DNA of 64,000 bases from Dictyostelium discoideum (taxonomy: Eukaryota), in contig CM000154.2 in the NCBI GenBank assembly GCA_000004695.1, positions 992,001 through 1,056,000 on the forward strand, written 5' to 3'. The notes under the pieces were generated by a model. The model was not told where the DNA came from, did no database searches, and saw only the letters and a list, made by a program, of their open reading frames with translations. The stretch's first letter is position 1. Every line of letters starts with the position of its first letter. A program made the translations under genes and the position numbers. Below, piece after piece: positions 13,759 to 27,405 of this stretch.

Positions 13759-15227
13759 GAAAAAAAAATTATTTGTGGTCGATGAAATCGAATTCCTGTA
13801 GATTTCGTGAGATATTATGATAATATATTTAAAATATTATTATTGAAGTACCTACTTGCTAAAATGAAACATCTTTTTTCATTTTAGCATCACCTAAAAA
13901 TTTTTTAAAAAAAAAAAAAACTAATGTTTCACTTTTGAGTTGACTCTTTGTTTTTTCGCATGGATCTTTAATCCTAAAATTAAAATATGTGTGCACATGT
14001 ATGCAAAGATTTTAATTTTAATTTTAATTTTTTTTTATTTTATTTTATTTTATATTATTTTTTTTTTTTTTTCTATTATCGAAGTCAAATAAATTTTCTC
14101 ATATTAAACCGCTCTTATATCAATGGCATGCTCTACTATAGAGAGATGACTCATAGAGTCACCGTAGTGCGGTCCCTTTTGCGGATTTTTTTTTATACAG
14201 CTAAATTAACCACATCCAAAATCAACTCTAACAATTAAAACCAATACTCTTATCACAATCATGATCAACCTATTCAATCACCAATTCACAATCAGAATTA
14301 CTTGGTGAAGATATAACTTGATCTTCCATTTATTAAAATTAAGTTAACCATTGTGGTATTAGGATGTTTTTTGATAAAAGAAGTACTTTTGTAAACTTAC
14401 CACCACCACCAATTTAATTGTATTTATATAGGTTCAGTAATGGCAGATTGTTAAAAACTTTTAAAATACTTTTGGAACGAAAACAATGATAAAGTAAACA
14501 AAATTATTAAAATCATATATTCAACAGATTATTTGAAATTTGAAAAACAAAGATTTGAAAAGAAAAAATGTGCAGATACAAAAATTAAAAGAGACATTAC
14601 AAACATATCATGTTAAAATATCCATTAACTCAAGCTATGGGATGTGATATTAGGTTAACCAATCAACAATCCCAAGAACTCTACAAATTAATAATCGTTA
14701 CGTGGTGTCATTTCAAATTAGAAAAAATTTATTGTCATTGGTAAATATACATAATTCACATACACATTGATGATGGTGATGATTATGATGATGATTAAAT
14801 TATTAAATTTTTTATTTTATTATTATCAGTTTATAAAAACGCAAAATTTAATTCAGGTTTAAAGGTGATAATCATCGTACGATTAATGAAGATTATACAT
14901 CAAAAGTAAGTATTATATTCATATGATCTACACAAATCAAAAACTATATCACAAACTAACCAGAATTATTTTTTTCATAAATGTATGTACAGCGTTGTTG
15001 CAAGTGCGTCATTTCAACTAAAGACATTGTAATGGGAATGTTTTCAAAGAGAAAAAGGTGAATTCAACCCAGATAATCATCTTTAAAAAATTCATCAAAG
15101 ACAATCCTCAATTCCGACATCAACCTCTTGAACAATAAAAATATTATTACCAATTAAATTTTACAAACAAAAAAAAGAAAAAAGAAAAAAAGAAAAGAAA
15201 AAAAAAGAAAAAAGAAAATTCAACTTT

Positions 15228-15860
15228 TTTCGTTGAAAGAATTATTCAAAAAATTAATAATAATTTTAATTTTACAAACAAAAAAAAAAAAATTGTATAA
15301 ATAAAAGTACAAATTAATTCAAAGTTTTGTGTTTTTTTGTTTTTGTTTTTTTTGGTTGTTTTTAAAAATAGCTCATCATAATAATTGGCATTGATATTAA
15401 CTGAAGGTTGATTATATGTATCATATTAATAATATTTTTTGGTTGGGTGTTTTTGAGTGTGGTGGTACAAATTATAATTACTTGTTATTTTGTGTGTGTA
15501 TGTGTGAGAATAGAATGATATATAAGTACTACTAATGGGAAGAAAAAAAACATCATTAATGGATTCAGTTAAGTTTTATTTATCGTTCTTTTTTTCTTAT
15601 TATTTTTTTCATTTAGTTATTAATTTTTTTTTTTTTTTTTCAAAATTATTATTTATTTTATATATTTAAAATTAATTATTTTTTTATTTATTTATTTATT
15701 ATTTATTTTTATTTTTTATTTTTTTATTTATTTTATTTTTTAAAAAAAAAAAAAAAAAGTTATAATCTAATGTCTCAAATTTATACAAATGATATTTTAA
15801 AGACTTTGAAATTCAAGATTAAAATTTTTATATCAAATTTGCGAATAAAAAACAAAATGG
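15228..15860. repeat. Copy set 2 of the same mosaic (A' direct, B' inverted, C' direct)
   Basis: Same alignments as copy set 1. Between the two sets lies a ~1.6-kb compositionally more complex, ORF-free core at 13700-15200. Confidence 0.7.
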
Positions 15861-16143
15861 CCATTTTTAATTTAATGTTGTGTTTATTGAAAATTTTATA
15901 TGATAATTCGTGGTACTATTTTTTTTTTTATTTGAAAAACAAAAAAAATAAAAATTAAAAATATTACTTTTTATTAATATAATAATAACAAAGCAAACTA
16001 AATTGAATTTTTTTTTTTTTGTTTCTTTTTTTCTTTTTTTTTTCTTTTTTTTTCTTTTTTTTTTTCTTTATTCTTTTTTTTCTTTTTCTTGAAATTATTT
16101 GAAAAAAAAGACACAATAAAATAAATTGTAACTAGATTCGTAA

Positions 16144-16330
16144 TTAATTAATATCTTTACATGTTATTGGTTGAGGTTTAATTTCAAACAAACTACTTCC
16201 ATGGCAACTATTCAATATATTGTATGGTGTGTAGGTGGAAATATTATTATTGACAATTTCATTAATAAAATTAAATTTATTGTCTCCATTATTGTTTTTA
16301 TCAGTTCTACTATTAATATTATTATTTTTG

Positions 16331-16367
<37 letters not shown>

Positions 16368-16383
16368 TACAACTATTAATATA

Positions 16384-16462
<79 letters not shown>

Positions 16463-16590
16463 TTATTATAATTATTATTATTAACGATTGAATCTTGTTT
16501 ATTTTTGAAGAAATATTGTTTACATAATTTTAAAGTTGGTAATAAATTTTCAACATTTTGAATTTCGAAATAGTCATTAAAAGAAGACAT
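16144..16590 (-). CDS. Small hypothetical protein with an internal poly-Asn tract (148 aa, single exon)
   Basis: The ATG is at 16588-16590 and the ORF is open through to a TAA. The non-repetitive N-terminus ('MSSFNDYFEIQNVENLLPTLKLCKQYFFKNKQDS') and C-terminus ('STYTPYNILNSCHGSSLFEIKPQPITCKDIN') have ordinary coding composition. I recognise no homology. Confidence 0.35.
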
Positions 16591-16689
16591 CTTTAAAAAA
16601 TTAAGATTTTAATTATATTAAAATAAATAGATTTTATTTGTTTAATTATTTGTTTTTTTTATATTTTTACTAATTTGTTATTACTATTT

Positions 16690-16730
<41 letters not shown>

Positions 16731-17339
16731 TTTTAATAAAAAATTTATTTTATTTTATTTTATTTATTTTATTTTAAAGTAATTATACACATATATTTCC
16801 AATAATTTAACTTTTTATTTTTATTTTTTTTTTTTCTTTTTTTTTTTTTTAGTTTTTTAAATAAATCTGCATGACATTTTTTGACAATTAATTTAAATTT
16901 TTTTTTTTATTTTTTTTTTTATTTTTTTTTTTTTATTTTTTTTTTTATTTTTTTTGTTTTTGTTTTTTTTTTTTTTTTTTTTGGGGAAATTTTATTTAAA
17001 TAAACTGCAAATTTGTTAAGATAATATTATTATTTTAGTGAATTTATTTCGAAAAATTTGTATAATTGGGTGTGCATAAAAAAAAAAAAAAAAAAAATAA
17101 TAAAAAAAAAAAATAAAAAATATTTAAAAAAAAAAAATTAAAAGTAAAAAAAAAATAATAAAAAAAAACATTTACACACAGGATAAAAATATTAAAATAT
17201 TTTGCATTTAAAAAAAAACTATTTGTGTTTAAGAAAAAAAAAAAATAAAAAAATATATTTTTAATTAAAATAAAAAATAAAAAATTTAAAAAAAAAAACA
17301 GAGTTATTATTATTATTAATAAATATAAAAACAATAAAA

Positions 17340-18199
17340 ATGATTAATAATTGCAATTACTTATCAACAGACTATAATGAGCAAGCAGGTTGTATACCAA
17401 TTAGAATTAAAAAACTAGAAGGATCAACCAGTTCATTAATAACATTAGAAGATGTACAAATTATGTTGGTAACATCAGGAACCAGTGGTATAAATTGGGT
17501 GTTTCCAAAAGGATCAATTAAAAAATCCGAATCAAGTAAACAAGCAGCAAAGAGAGAAACCTTTGAAGAAGCTGGTATCAAAGGTAAAATATTACATCAA
17601 CTCCCCAAAATCACTTTAGCTGATCATAATAAAGGTGTAAACATTACTTATTATCCTTTATTTGTTGGTAAAAAAAAGAATACTGTAAGTTTATTATTAT
17701 ATATATATATATATAATTATAATTATTATTATTATTTATTCTCAATTTATTAATAATCTATTATACTTTATAGAAAAAAGAATGGATGGAACAATCAAAG
17801 AGAACCAGAAAATGGTTTAGATTATCAAATGTATTATCATTTATTGTACCAATTAAACCACATATTGAAGCTGCCATCGTTCATATACAAAGATCAATTG
17901 TAACATTACAACAACAATTGAATTCTCAATTTGATCTTATCAATACACCAATTGAAAATTTCCCCTTGGATGAAATCACCGAATTTGTAATTGAGGAATG
18001 TAAAAAACAAAAAAAAAAAGATAAAAAAGGTAAAAAAGATAAAAAAGATAAAAAAGATAAAAAAGATAAAAAGAAAAAGAATAAAGAATTAAATGGTAAT
18101 AGTAATAGTAGTAGTGGTAGTGAAAGTGAACCAATATCAAATAATAATAATAATAATATTCCAATCATTAATAATGAAACATCTCCTGTATCACAATAA
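17340..18199 (+). CDS. Nudix hydrolase of the diphosphoinositol-polyphosphate phosphohydrolase (DIPP/Ddp1/NUDT3) type; exons 17340-17684 and 17774-18199
   Basis: The Nudix box 'GSIKKSESSKQAAKRETFEEAGIKG' fits Gx5Ex7REUxEExGU. A DIPP-like stretch 'GCIPIR…VLLVTS…WVFPKG' follows. Donor 'act|GTAAGT' is at 17685 and acceptor 'ctttatAG' at 17773. The C-terminal exon has a (KKD)n basic tail. Confidence 0.8.
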
Positions 18200-18453
18200 T
18201 AAACTGATAAAAATCTAAAAATATTAAAAATCTAAAAAAATCTAAAAAAACCTTATATAAGGTTTTAATAATTTTTTAAAAATAAAAATAGGTTATGTTT
18301 TATTAATTTTTTTTTTTTTTTTTTTGTCTTAAATTTCAAAGATAAAACAGAAGTCCTCAAATCGACTTTTTTTTTTTTTATTTTTTTTTTTATTTTTTTT
18401 TTTAATTTTTTAATTTTTTTTTTATTTTTTAAAATTTTTTTTTCATTTTTTTA

Positions 18454-18491
<38 letters not shown>

Positions 18492-19025
18492 ATTTTTATT
18501 TATTTTTTATTTTTTTTTTTTTCCTGCATTGGCACAGGTCACCTTCCCAAATAAATATCCCAAATAAAAAAAAAAAAAGCCATTCTTATGATATGATCAA
18601 AAAATAGGGGATTTTTTTCAATATCTTATTTGGCTCAAAATTATAATAATAAAAAAAAAAAAAAACAAATTAAATAAATAATAAAAAAAAAAAAAAACTC
18701 TTAATAATATTTTTCAAACTTTTTTTTTTTTTTTTTCAAATAATATATTAAAAAATATCCCCCATAAAAATTTTTTTTTTTTTTTCACAATTAAGTTCTT
18801 TTATAATATATATATATAAAAAATATATATATTTTTAAAATAAATAAACCAAAAAAAAAAAAAAAAAAACCAAAAAAAAAAAAAAACCCCTTTTTTATTT
18901 TTTTTTTGGGGGGGGGGGAATCAAGTTTTTTAAAAAAAAAAAAACACACACACACATTCACCTACATAAAAAAAAGGGAATAGAAAAGAGAAAAAAAAAA
19001 GGATATCAATAAATACAATAAAAAA

Positions 19026-22000
19026 ATGGAGGCATTTAGAAATATTAAAAATAAGTTTGCAAAACATATGGCCGCTAGGAAAATTAGAGTACTATGGGCC
19101 GATTATTTAAAAGTTGCAGACATAAAGTAGGTACTAAACAATTTTCATCTCTTTCTTTCATTTTTATATCTCATCCAATCTCCTTTCATAAACAATACTA
19201 TATTTAAATCATATCATACACATAACACTTTAAATTTATAATGTTATAATAACTAATATTATAAATTTTTTTTTTTTTTTTTTTTTTAAAAACATTATAA
19301 AGAGATTCACATTTAATGGTACAAAAATTGAATAAATTTTTAGATTCATTTCAAGAAACATATAAAGAGTTGGTAGATTCAGGTCAAATTAATTCATTCG
19401 ATTTAGATAAATTCTTTGGTGATTGTTCAGATATCTTGGTATCATTATTAGATTTAGTTGAAAGAGAGTCGTCATCATCATCATCGTCTTCTACTTCAAC
19501 AGCAATAGTAAAACATACAAATAAAGATGAATCAATAGATTATATAGTTGAAATTATAAATAAATCATTAGGTGTAGCTGAATTGATATTACATGTAAGT
19601 GGTAGTTGTAGTAGTGGTATATATATATATATATATATATGCTGATAATATTTAATACTAATATTAAATAAAATATAGGATGAAAAATATAGATTGGTAG
19701 TTAAAGAAACACCAAATTTAATAAATAGAATACTTACATTATTGGATACATTAAGTACAAGTGAGAATAAAAAAGTATTATTAAGAGTTATTAGTGCAGT
19801 TGGTGAGAATACAGATAATAAATTAGAGATTGGTAGATTGGAAGGATTTAAGAAATTATTGGTTTTAATGCATAACGATAAGGAGTTAACTCAAGAGATT
19901 TTAAAAACTATTAAACACTTTTTAGATATAAAACAAACATTACCTTCAGAGGAGGAATTAATAAACAATATGAAGAAATCATTATCAATGTCTTCAATTA
20001 GTGAATTTGCAAGATTAAAAATTGGTTCTGTAGTCTCTGAAGGTTTTAAAGTTATCGTTGGTGAATTTCAAAAAGTTTTCTCACCAAATGATGAAATTCA
20101 TCCTGCTATAAAACAATTAATTGGTGAACAACCATTGTATGTATATAATAATATATTACAAATACAAAAGTTATCTCATATTAACATTTTTTATTTTATT
20201 TTATTTTATTTTTTAAAATAATATAATAGTAATAGAGGTATTGATATGACAGAAGAAAGTTCATTCATCCCATCGCGTGAATCTATTGAATTTGCTTTAA
20301 TAGAATTACAACATAGTGAATTGGTTAAAGAGAATAGTATTAATAATAATAATAATAATAACAATAGTGTTATTGAAGAAATCGACAATACTATTACACA
20401 ATTACCATCACCACCTATAGCGGTATCATTACCAAATCCTAGCATTCCAATCCCAATTTTAAATGGTAATAATGATAGTAATAATAATAATAATATTTAT
20501 TCCGAATCTTCTAGTAATTTAGAAAATAATTCAAATGAACTACAACAGCAACAAGAAGATAATAATAATAGTTTAATAACAGAAGAAGAATTATTAAAAG
20601 ATTTTATGCGTGTTCAAGGTGCATTAGTATCATTAACAAATTCAATTAAAGAGGCAGCACAAACTGTACAATTAGATTTATTGGAAACCATTAGTAAATT
20701 GTTATATAATAATCAAAAGAATCAAATTGAATTTAGAAATATGGATGGTTACTCTATATTGATTCATTTATTCGATAATCATTTAGAAGATTTCGGCACA
20801 ATTGAAGGCAGAGAATTCTTGGAGAATTGTTTCAATTTGTTTTTCGTTATAATCATTGATGGTAATAAATCAAAGAGAATTACAAATATGGATGCTTTAG
20901 ATCTATTGTTTCAAATTCTATTAAATTCAAATCAAACAGAAGTTCAATTACAATCTTTAACATGTATTCAAGATTTAATTTCAATTAATCCAATCAATAT
21001 TATTAATATTAAATCTATAAATGGTATTGATAAATTATTTCAATTATTATTAATTTTAGAAAAGGTAATTATTTAAAATTATTATTATTATTATTTTTTT
21101 TATTATTACTTTTTTTTTATTTTTTTTATATGTATTTAACAGTCGCTCAGCTTTTGGAATCTAATAGTCCAATAAGGAAGGTTAAATACTAGATTAATAA
21201 TTTATTTATAATCATTATCTATACTACTATGATTATAAATAAAATTGTGGTTAGAATATAATCATAATAATAATTTTTTTAATATATATTTTCTTTTTAA
21301 TTTAAAATATATTTTAATTATTATTTTCCATACATTACTTTTATTAAATATTATTATATAAATTTTATTTTATTAAAACTATTTTTTACTAAAATAACTT
21401 TTTTTTTTTTTTTTTTTTATAATAATTAATAAAGAAAAAAGAAAATGAAAAAGAGAAAAATAAAGAAAATGTAGAACAAAGAAATGAAAATATAGAAGAA
21501 GAAGCAGGATTTGAATCATATCAACGTCAACAACAACAACAAACAGATAATTTAGTTGAAAAAGATTTAACAAAGTTATTATTAGCAACAAGTGAATTAA
21601 TACTTTATATTGGTGTTTTATTTAGTAAATATGATACATACGTATTCGATAAGTATATATCATTATTGGAGAATTCAAATGTACAACAATCACATACATT
21701 AAATTGTTTATTACTTCAATCATCTATAACCATCTTATCGGATACAATCTATCATCAATCACTACTATCAACTAAAGAGGGTTTATTACCAAACTTTGTC
21801 GATTCAATTAGATCAATTCCATCACAATTTCAACAATTATTAATAGAAGAACAAAATCATCAAAAATTACAAGATGAACAATTTGAAAGACAAGATTATT
21901 TATTAAATCAAAGAGTAGTACAAAATGGTATTGTTAATAATAATAATAATAATAATAACAATAATAATAATAATAATAATGAAGAGAAAGAAATAAAAAT

Positions 22001-25000
22001 AGAACAAGATGATAATAATTATAATAATGAAGAAGAGGAAGAGGAAGAAGAAGAAGAAGAAGAAGCGGAAGAAGCTGAAGAAGAATATAGAATTAGAATT
22101 GATATGGAAGAGAAAACAAACTATTTAATTCAAAAACAAACTAGAATCACTGAAAAGGCTTTATTGGTTTTAGAGTTAATTATTATGTATATCCATTATT
22201 CATCCGATACTTTATTTAATGACTTTTTAATCAAATATGATGGTTTCAAATTATTTGTAACATTATTAAAACAAACAAATATCGATAATGATTTATTCGA
22301 TCTTTGTATTTGGAGTATGTGCAAAATAATCTCTCGAGAAGGTAAACAGTTTCAATTATTTTTAAATAAAAATACTCCTCTTACTCCTTCAACACTATCA
22401 CCATCACCATCACCATCTTCTACCACAACTACAACTACAACTTCAACTACGACTACAACCACCACAACATCACCTTCACCATCATCTTCAACTACAACAA
22501 AAACAGCAACCACTTCAATTAATTGGAATCAAATAATTAATAATGATATGAATATTTTAATTCAGTTATTAGAAGATAATCAAATATCAGACCAAAAGAA
22601 AGAATCAATATGTTATTGTATTGCAGAGTGGTTACATCAAATAGACTCTAATGTTGCATCATCATCATCATCATCATCAACAGGTGATAAAAAGGATTCA
22701 TCAAAGGTTTTGGAACAAAAACAATTTTCAAATTTATTGAAAATTAAATTCCAAGAGTTAGGTTTATTACATATTCTAATTAACATTATTAAAAAGAAGA
22801 GAACAGAGGAATCTCAATCATTGGTTTATGCATCATTGGTTGCAATTTGTGAATTATGTTTTGCTTGTGAAGAAAATAAACGTGTAATTGATCAATTGGG
22901 TTATATGTCTTTATCATCATTAGTAAAGAATACAAGTGTACAAATCGATGATTATCTATATCAATTATTGGTAGAATTAACTATGAATAAACCTGTGGTA
23001 ATAAGATATGAAACTCAATATCTTAAAGAATTCTTCTCACCAAATCTTTATAAAATCATTACAAATATTTTATCACCTCAACCACAATTCACTTTTATTT
23101 TACCACACTCAAAGAAACATCATGATATTTCTTCTTATAACACTTCAGTTTATCAACAACAACAACATCATCAACAACAACAACAACAACAACATCATAA
23201 TCAACAAGCACAATTATATCAACAACAACAGCAGCAAATTCAACAAGCACAATTATATCAACAACAACAATTATATCATCAACAACAACAACAACTTTAT
23301 CAGCAACAATTATATTTACAACAACAACAACAACAGCAACATTTATATCAACATCAAATTCAACATCAACAATACCAATATGGTGATGAAATTAATTTAG
23401 GAGATGATAATATTGATTTTCCAAAAGATTCTCCAATATCTAGTCCATCAACAACACCAGTTGCTTCTTTATCAAACTCATTCAATGGTTACCAAGGTAT
23501 TCATTTATATCAACAATATCAATTACAACAACAACAGCAATTACAACAGTTACAACCAAGTTTATCGCATCATTTACAACAAAGAGTTGGAATTGTAAGA
23601 GTACCAAGTTTTAAAAATTTATTCACAGTAACAAGAAGAAATAGTATTGGTTCTTGGGCTGGTTCTTTTGATGATTTATATTCACAACAACATTCTCATC
23701 AAATACCAACATCATCACAACAACAACAACCACAACCACAACAATCACCAAGAGATAATGCCAGTGATGGTGGTAATGGTACAAATAGTATTTCAAAGAA
23801 TTCATCACATCCACAATTAGCAGGTTTAGAGGAAGAGAAAGAAACCATCTATTCTTACACTCTTTTGGGTAGATCAAGAATTAGATCTCCTGATGCAGCA
23901 TTGATGTTGGTTGATTTATTACCACAATGTCCACTAATTTCCCAACAATTGAATTTGGTATTGTTAATGAAAATTTTAGAATCAAATCCACAAAATAAAA
24001 AAATGTTATGTTCATCACAAGGTTTGAAATATTTATTAAATCTCTCTCATCAATGTCCAGAAGAATTACAATCCTATTATAGTCGTGTCATTGTTATTTT
24101 AGGTTTATATGATATTTCACCAGCTGAAGTTAGACTATTATTTGATTTGGCTTGTTTCCCATCATTTGATACTCATCCACATTTAAATCAATTACAACAG
24201 CAACAACCAACAACATTACATCAAAGTTCAAATTCAACTGGTAGTAATGGTAAAAGAGAAAAGAATAGAAAATATGAATTACAAATGCAAGTTTTATATA
24301 TTATTGGCACTTTAACAGAGAGAAAAGCACCACCACTTTATTTTAATTTCGATGGATTCGATAGTTGTATTAAGACAGGACCAATCGATAAATTCCCTTC
24401 CGCTAGAAATGGTTATACATTTAGTTGTTGGATTCGTACAAATTATTTCCTTAGTGATGAATCTGGTTTATTCAGTTGGCAAGATCATTCAAATATCCAA
24501 CATAATCCACATAGTATCTTTGAGGTTTATTTCAAATCTTTACCATTGGGCAAATCATCAGAAACTAAACGTTATCTTTGTATTCAAACTAGAAATTATC
24601 CATCACCACCAGAAACTTTTTCATTCGATAAATTTGCTTTCTCTGAATGTGGTAGTTGGAATCACGTTGTTTTAACTCATTCAAAACAAAAAATAACCTT
24701 ATATGTCAATGGTAAATTCATTCAAAATTATAGTACACTTAATTATCCAAAATCAATAACAAAAGATAAACCAATCTCTGGTTGGATTGGTAAAAGAATT
24801 TATTCAGAAAATACTACCAACACCGCCACAAATAACACTATTAATGGTACAACTCCTCAGTTTTGCGCTAATACAAGTGGTAATGTTGCAGAAAGAGGTT
24901 ATTTTTGTGGTTCAATGGGTACAATTCACTTTTTCGATGGAATTTGGGACGCAAATGCTTGTCACAAAGTTTGTAGTAGAGGTAATCTTTACAATAGTAC

Positions 25001-25180
25001 CTATAAATCATTAGGAGTTGATAATAAAGAGTTTTTAGTTATAAAACCTGCTCCAATCCAATACCAAACTTCAACCACTACACTCAGTAATAGTTTTAAT
25101 AGTAGTCTTCTTAATAGTGAACCTCCACCATCATTAAGTTTCTCAATGTCTGGAGATAACTTTTTCCAACAACCATCACC

Positions 25181-25250
<70 letters not shown>

Positions 25251-27350
25251 CCAACAGGATCAAGTAATACAACATCACCAGTTTCAATTTCTAATACTAT
25301 TAATAGCACATTAACAATTGATAGTCAATCAATTTCAAATTCTCCATCAACTCCGTCGGGTAAATCTCTACCAACAACGACAACCGCAACAACAGCAACA
25401 GCATCAATAACATCACAAAATCAAAGTGAAAATTCACCATCTTCATCACCATCAATTAATAGAACTCAATCATTTTCACAAGAAAATGATGATATTACTA
25501 GTGGAAATAATAATTTAACATTATCAAATGGTGGTGAATTATTTAAATCAATACCAATTATTAATGTACCAAACGAAACTCAAGGTGCTGTTATTGAATT
25601 TATTGGTGGTGTCAATGTTCATCAAACAAGATGTCTTAAAGATGTAATTAAAGAAGTTGGTGGTATTCATTTATGTTTCCCATTTTTAGATATGGAACCA
25701 GCTCAACAAGTTGCTGGTTTAAGAATCTTATCTGGTCTATTGAACAAGAGTGAATCCAATAAAGCACAATTTAGAGAATTGAATGGTTTTGCTATCCTCT
25801 ACTATCTATTAAATAGATTCTCTGTATCAAATATCTCAAGTCCATATAGTGAGCTATCAATGGAAACATTTGAAATCATTTTCGATCTTTTATTAGATGG
25901 TATGAATAATACAGGATCCGATGTTAAACATCTTTGGAGTAATGATTGTTTAACTTTAATCTTGGATTTACTCCAATTCTGTAGTGAAGATCTTCAATTA
26001 CATGTTCTTAAATATTTAAATACAATGCTATTAAATTCACCTGATACTCTTAAACTTTGGATCACTCAATCCGATAATGAAAATCAAAATCAATCAAATC
26101 CACATTTAACTCCAAGTGTTACTGGTATAACTAGTGGTACTGATTTATTAAATGAGCATCAACATCAACAACAATTACAACAACAACAACAACAACAACA
26201 ACTTTCAAGTAGTAATAATAATGCAATTTCCTCAAATACTATATCCCCACCTTCATCCATTTTATCATCAACTTCAACAACAACTACAACAAACATTACA
26301 CAATTAACAACTACAATCAATTCAAATACGACAACTCAAGTATTATTATCATCATCTTCCTCAACTTCAGTTACAAATTCAACATCAAGTAATCTACCAG
26401 CATTTTTAAATACTGTAAACATTTCCAGATTAAATTATTTATTGGATATGGCAATGAAGCTATCCACAGATTCAACCTTTTTGTTTGGTATTATTAGAAA
26501 GATCCTTCCATCAATTGGTGCTGAAGATGTTGAATCAATTTTCGAATTTTTAACTGAAAACAAAGAAGGCTACTTTGAAAAGATTGGGACAAAATCAAAG
26601 ATATTGGAATTGGTTTATGAAGAGATGAGAAAATGTCCAACTCTAGTCGACCATCTAAGATCGATTGGTGGCTTCAATCTTGTATTCTCTTTAATTGAAA
26701 TACCAAGTGAAGAAATTCATATATTGACAATTAAATTAATTGGTCTATTATTGCATTCCAATAATAAAGCAGCTCTATTGTTTAGAAAGAATGGTGGATT
26801 CGATGTTTTAGCATCAATGATTTCAAATTATTCAATACCATCAGCTTCAGTTTGTAGAACCCTTTTACATCTATTGGTTGATCAATATAAATTCGATCCA
26901 AAATGTGTTCCACCAGAAACTAAACAAAGATCATTATCTTGGATATCTTTAGATTTCTTTTCACGTGATAAAAGTTCAGATTCTCTCTCAACTCTAGCTT
27001 CTTCAACAAATGATCTTTCAGAACCAGAGGAATCCCAATCATCATCAACAACAACAACAACCACAAACACAGATGAAGTATTAATTACAGGTGATAAAAC
27101 TATTGTATACCCAGAGGCTTTACATTCACTATTTACCATTATTCATAGTTATTATTTATTACCAATTGATGTAATTAGATTTGAAGAAATTCAAAAAATT
27201 CAAGTCACTCTCTATACTGAAATTGAACAACTTTTTGATAATACAAATATGGATATTTTATGGAATCAACCTTGGTTTGAATGGGTTTATCAGTTAATTG
27301 ATTTTTCAAACTTTGTAAATAATAATAATAATAATAATAATAATACTGTA

Positions 27351-27405
<55 letters not shown>

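Noticed and set aside
12500-16100. Search for a tRNA gene or TRE-type retroelement in the repeat mosaic
   Set aside because: No segment shows the tRNA D-loop and T-loop (GTTCGAATC / GGTTCAAATCC) consensus, and no reverse-transcriptase, integrase or gag-like ORF is present, so I did not call a mobile element.
18895-18960. G11 run and (CA)6 in the promoter region upstream of the neurobeachin-like gene
   Set aside because: These are short simple sequences without a recognisable motif. They may be promoter elements, but nothing specific can be claimed from sequence alone.
21666-21668. ORF-track 'M' at 21666, 27748, 39186 and 46808 taken as start codons
   Set aside because: The underlying codons are TTG/GTG and sit inside exons that continue upstream in frame. 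The track was evidently built with alternative starts. Real starts were re-derived from ATG plus splice logic.
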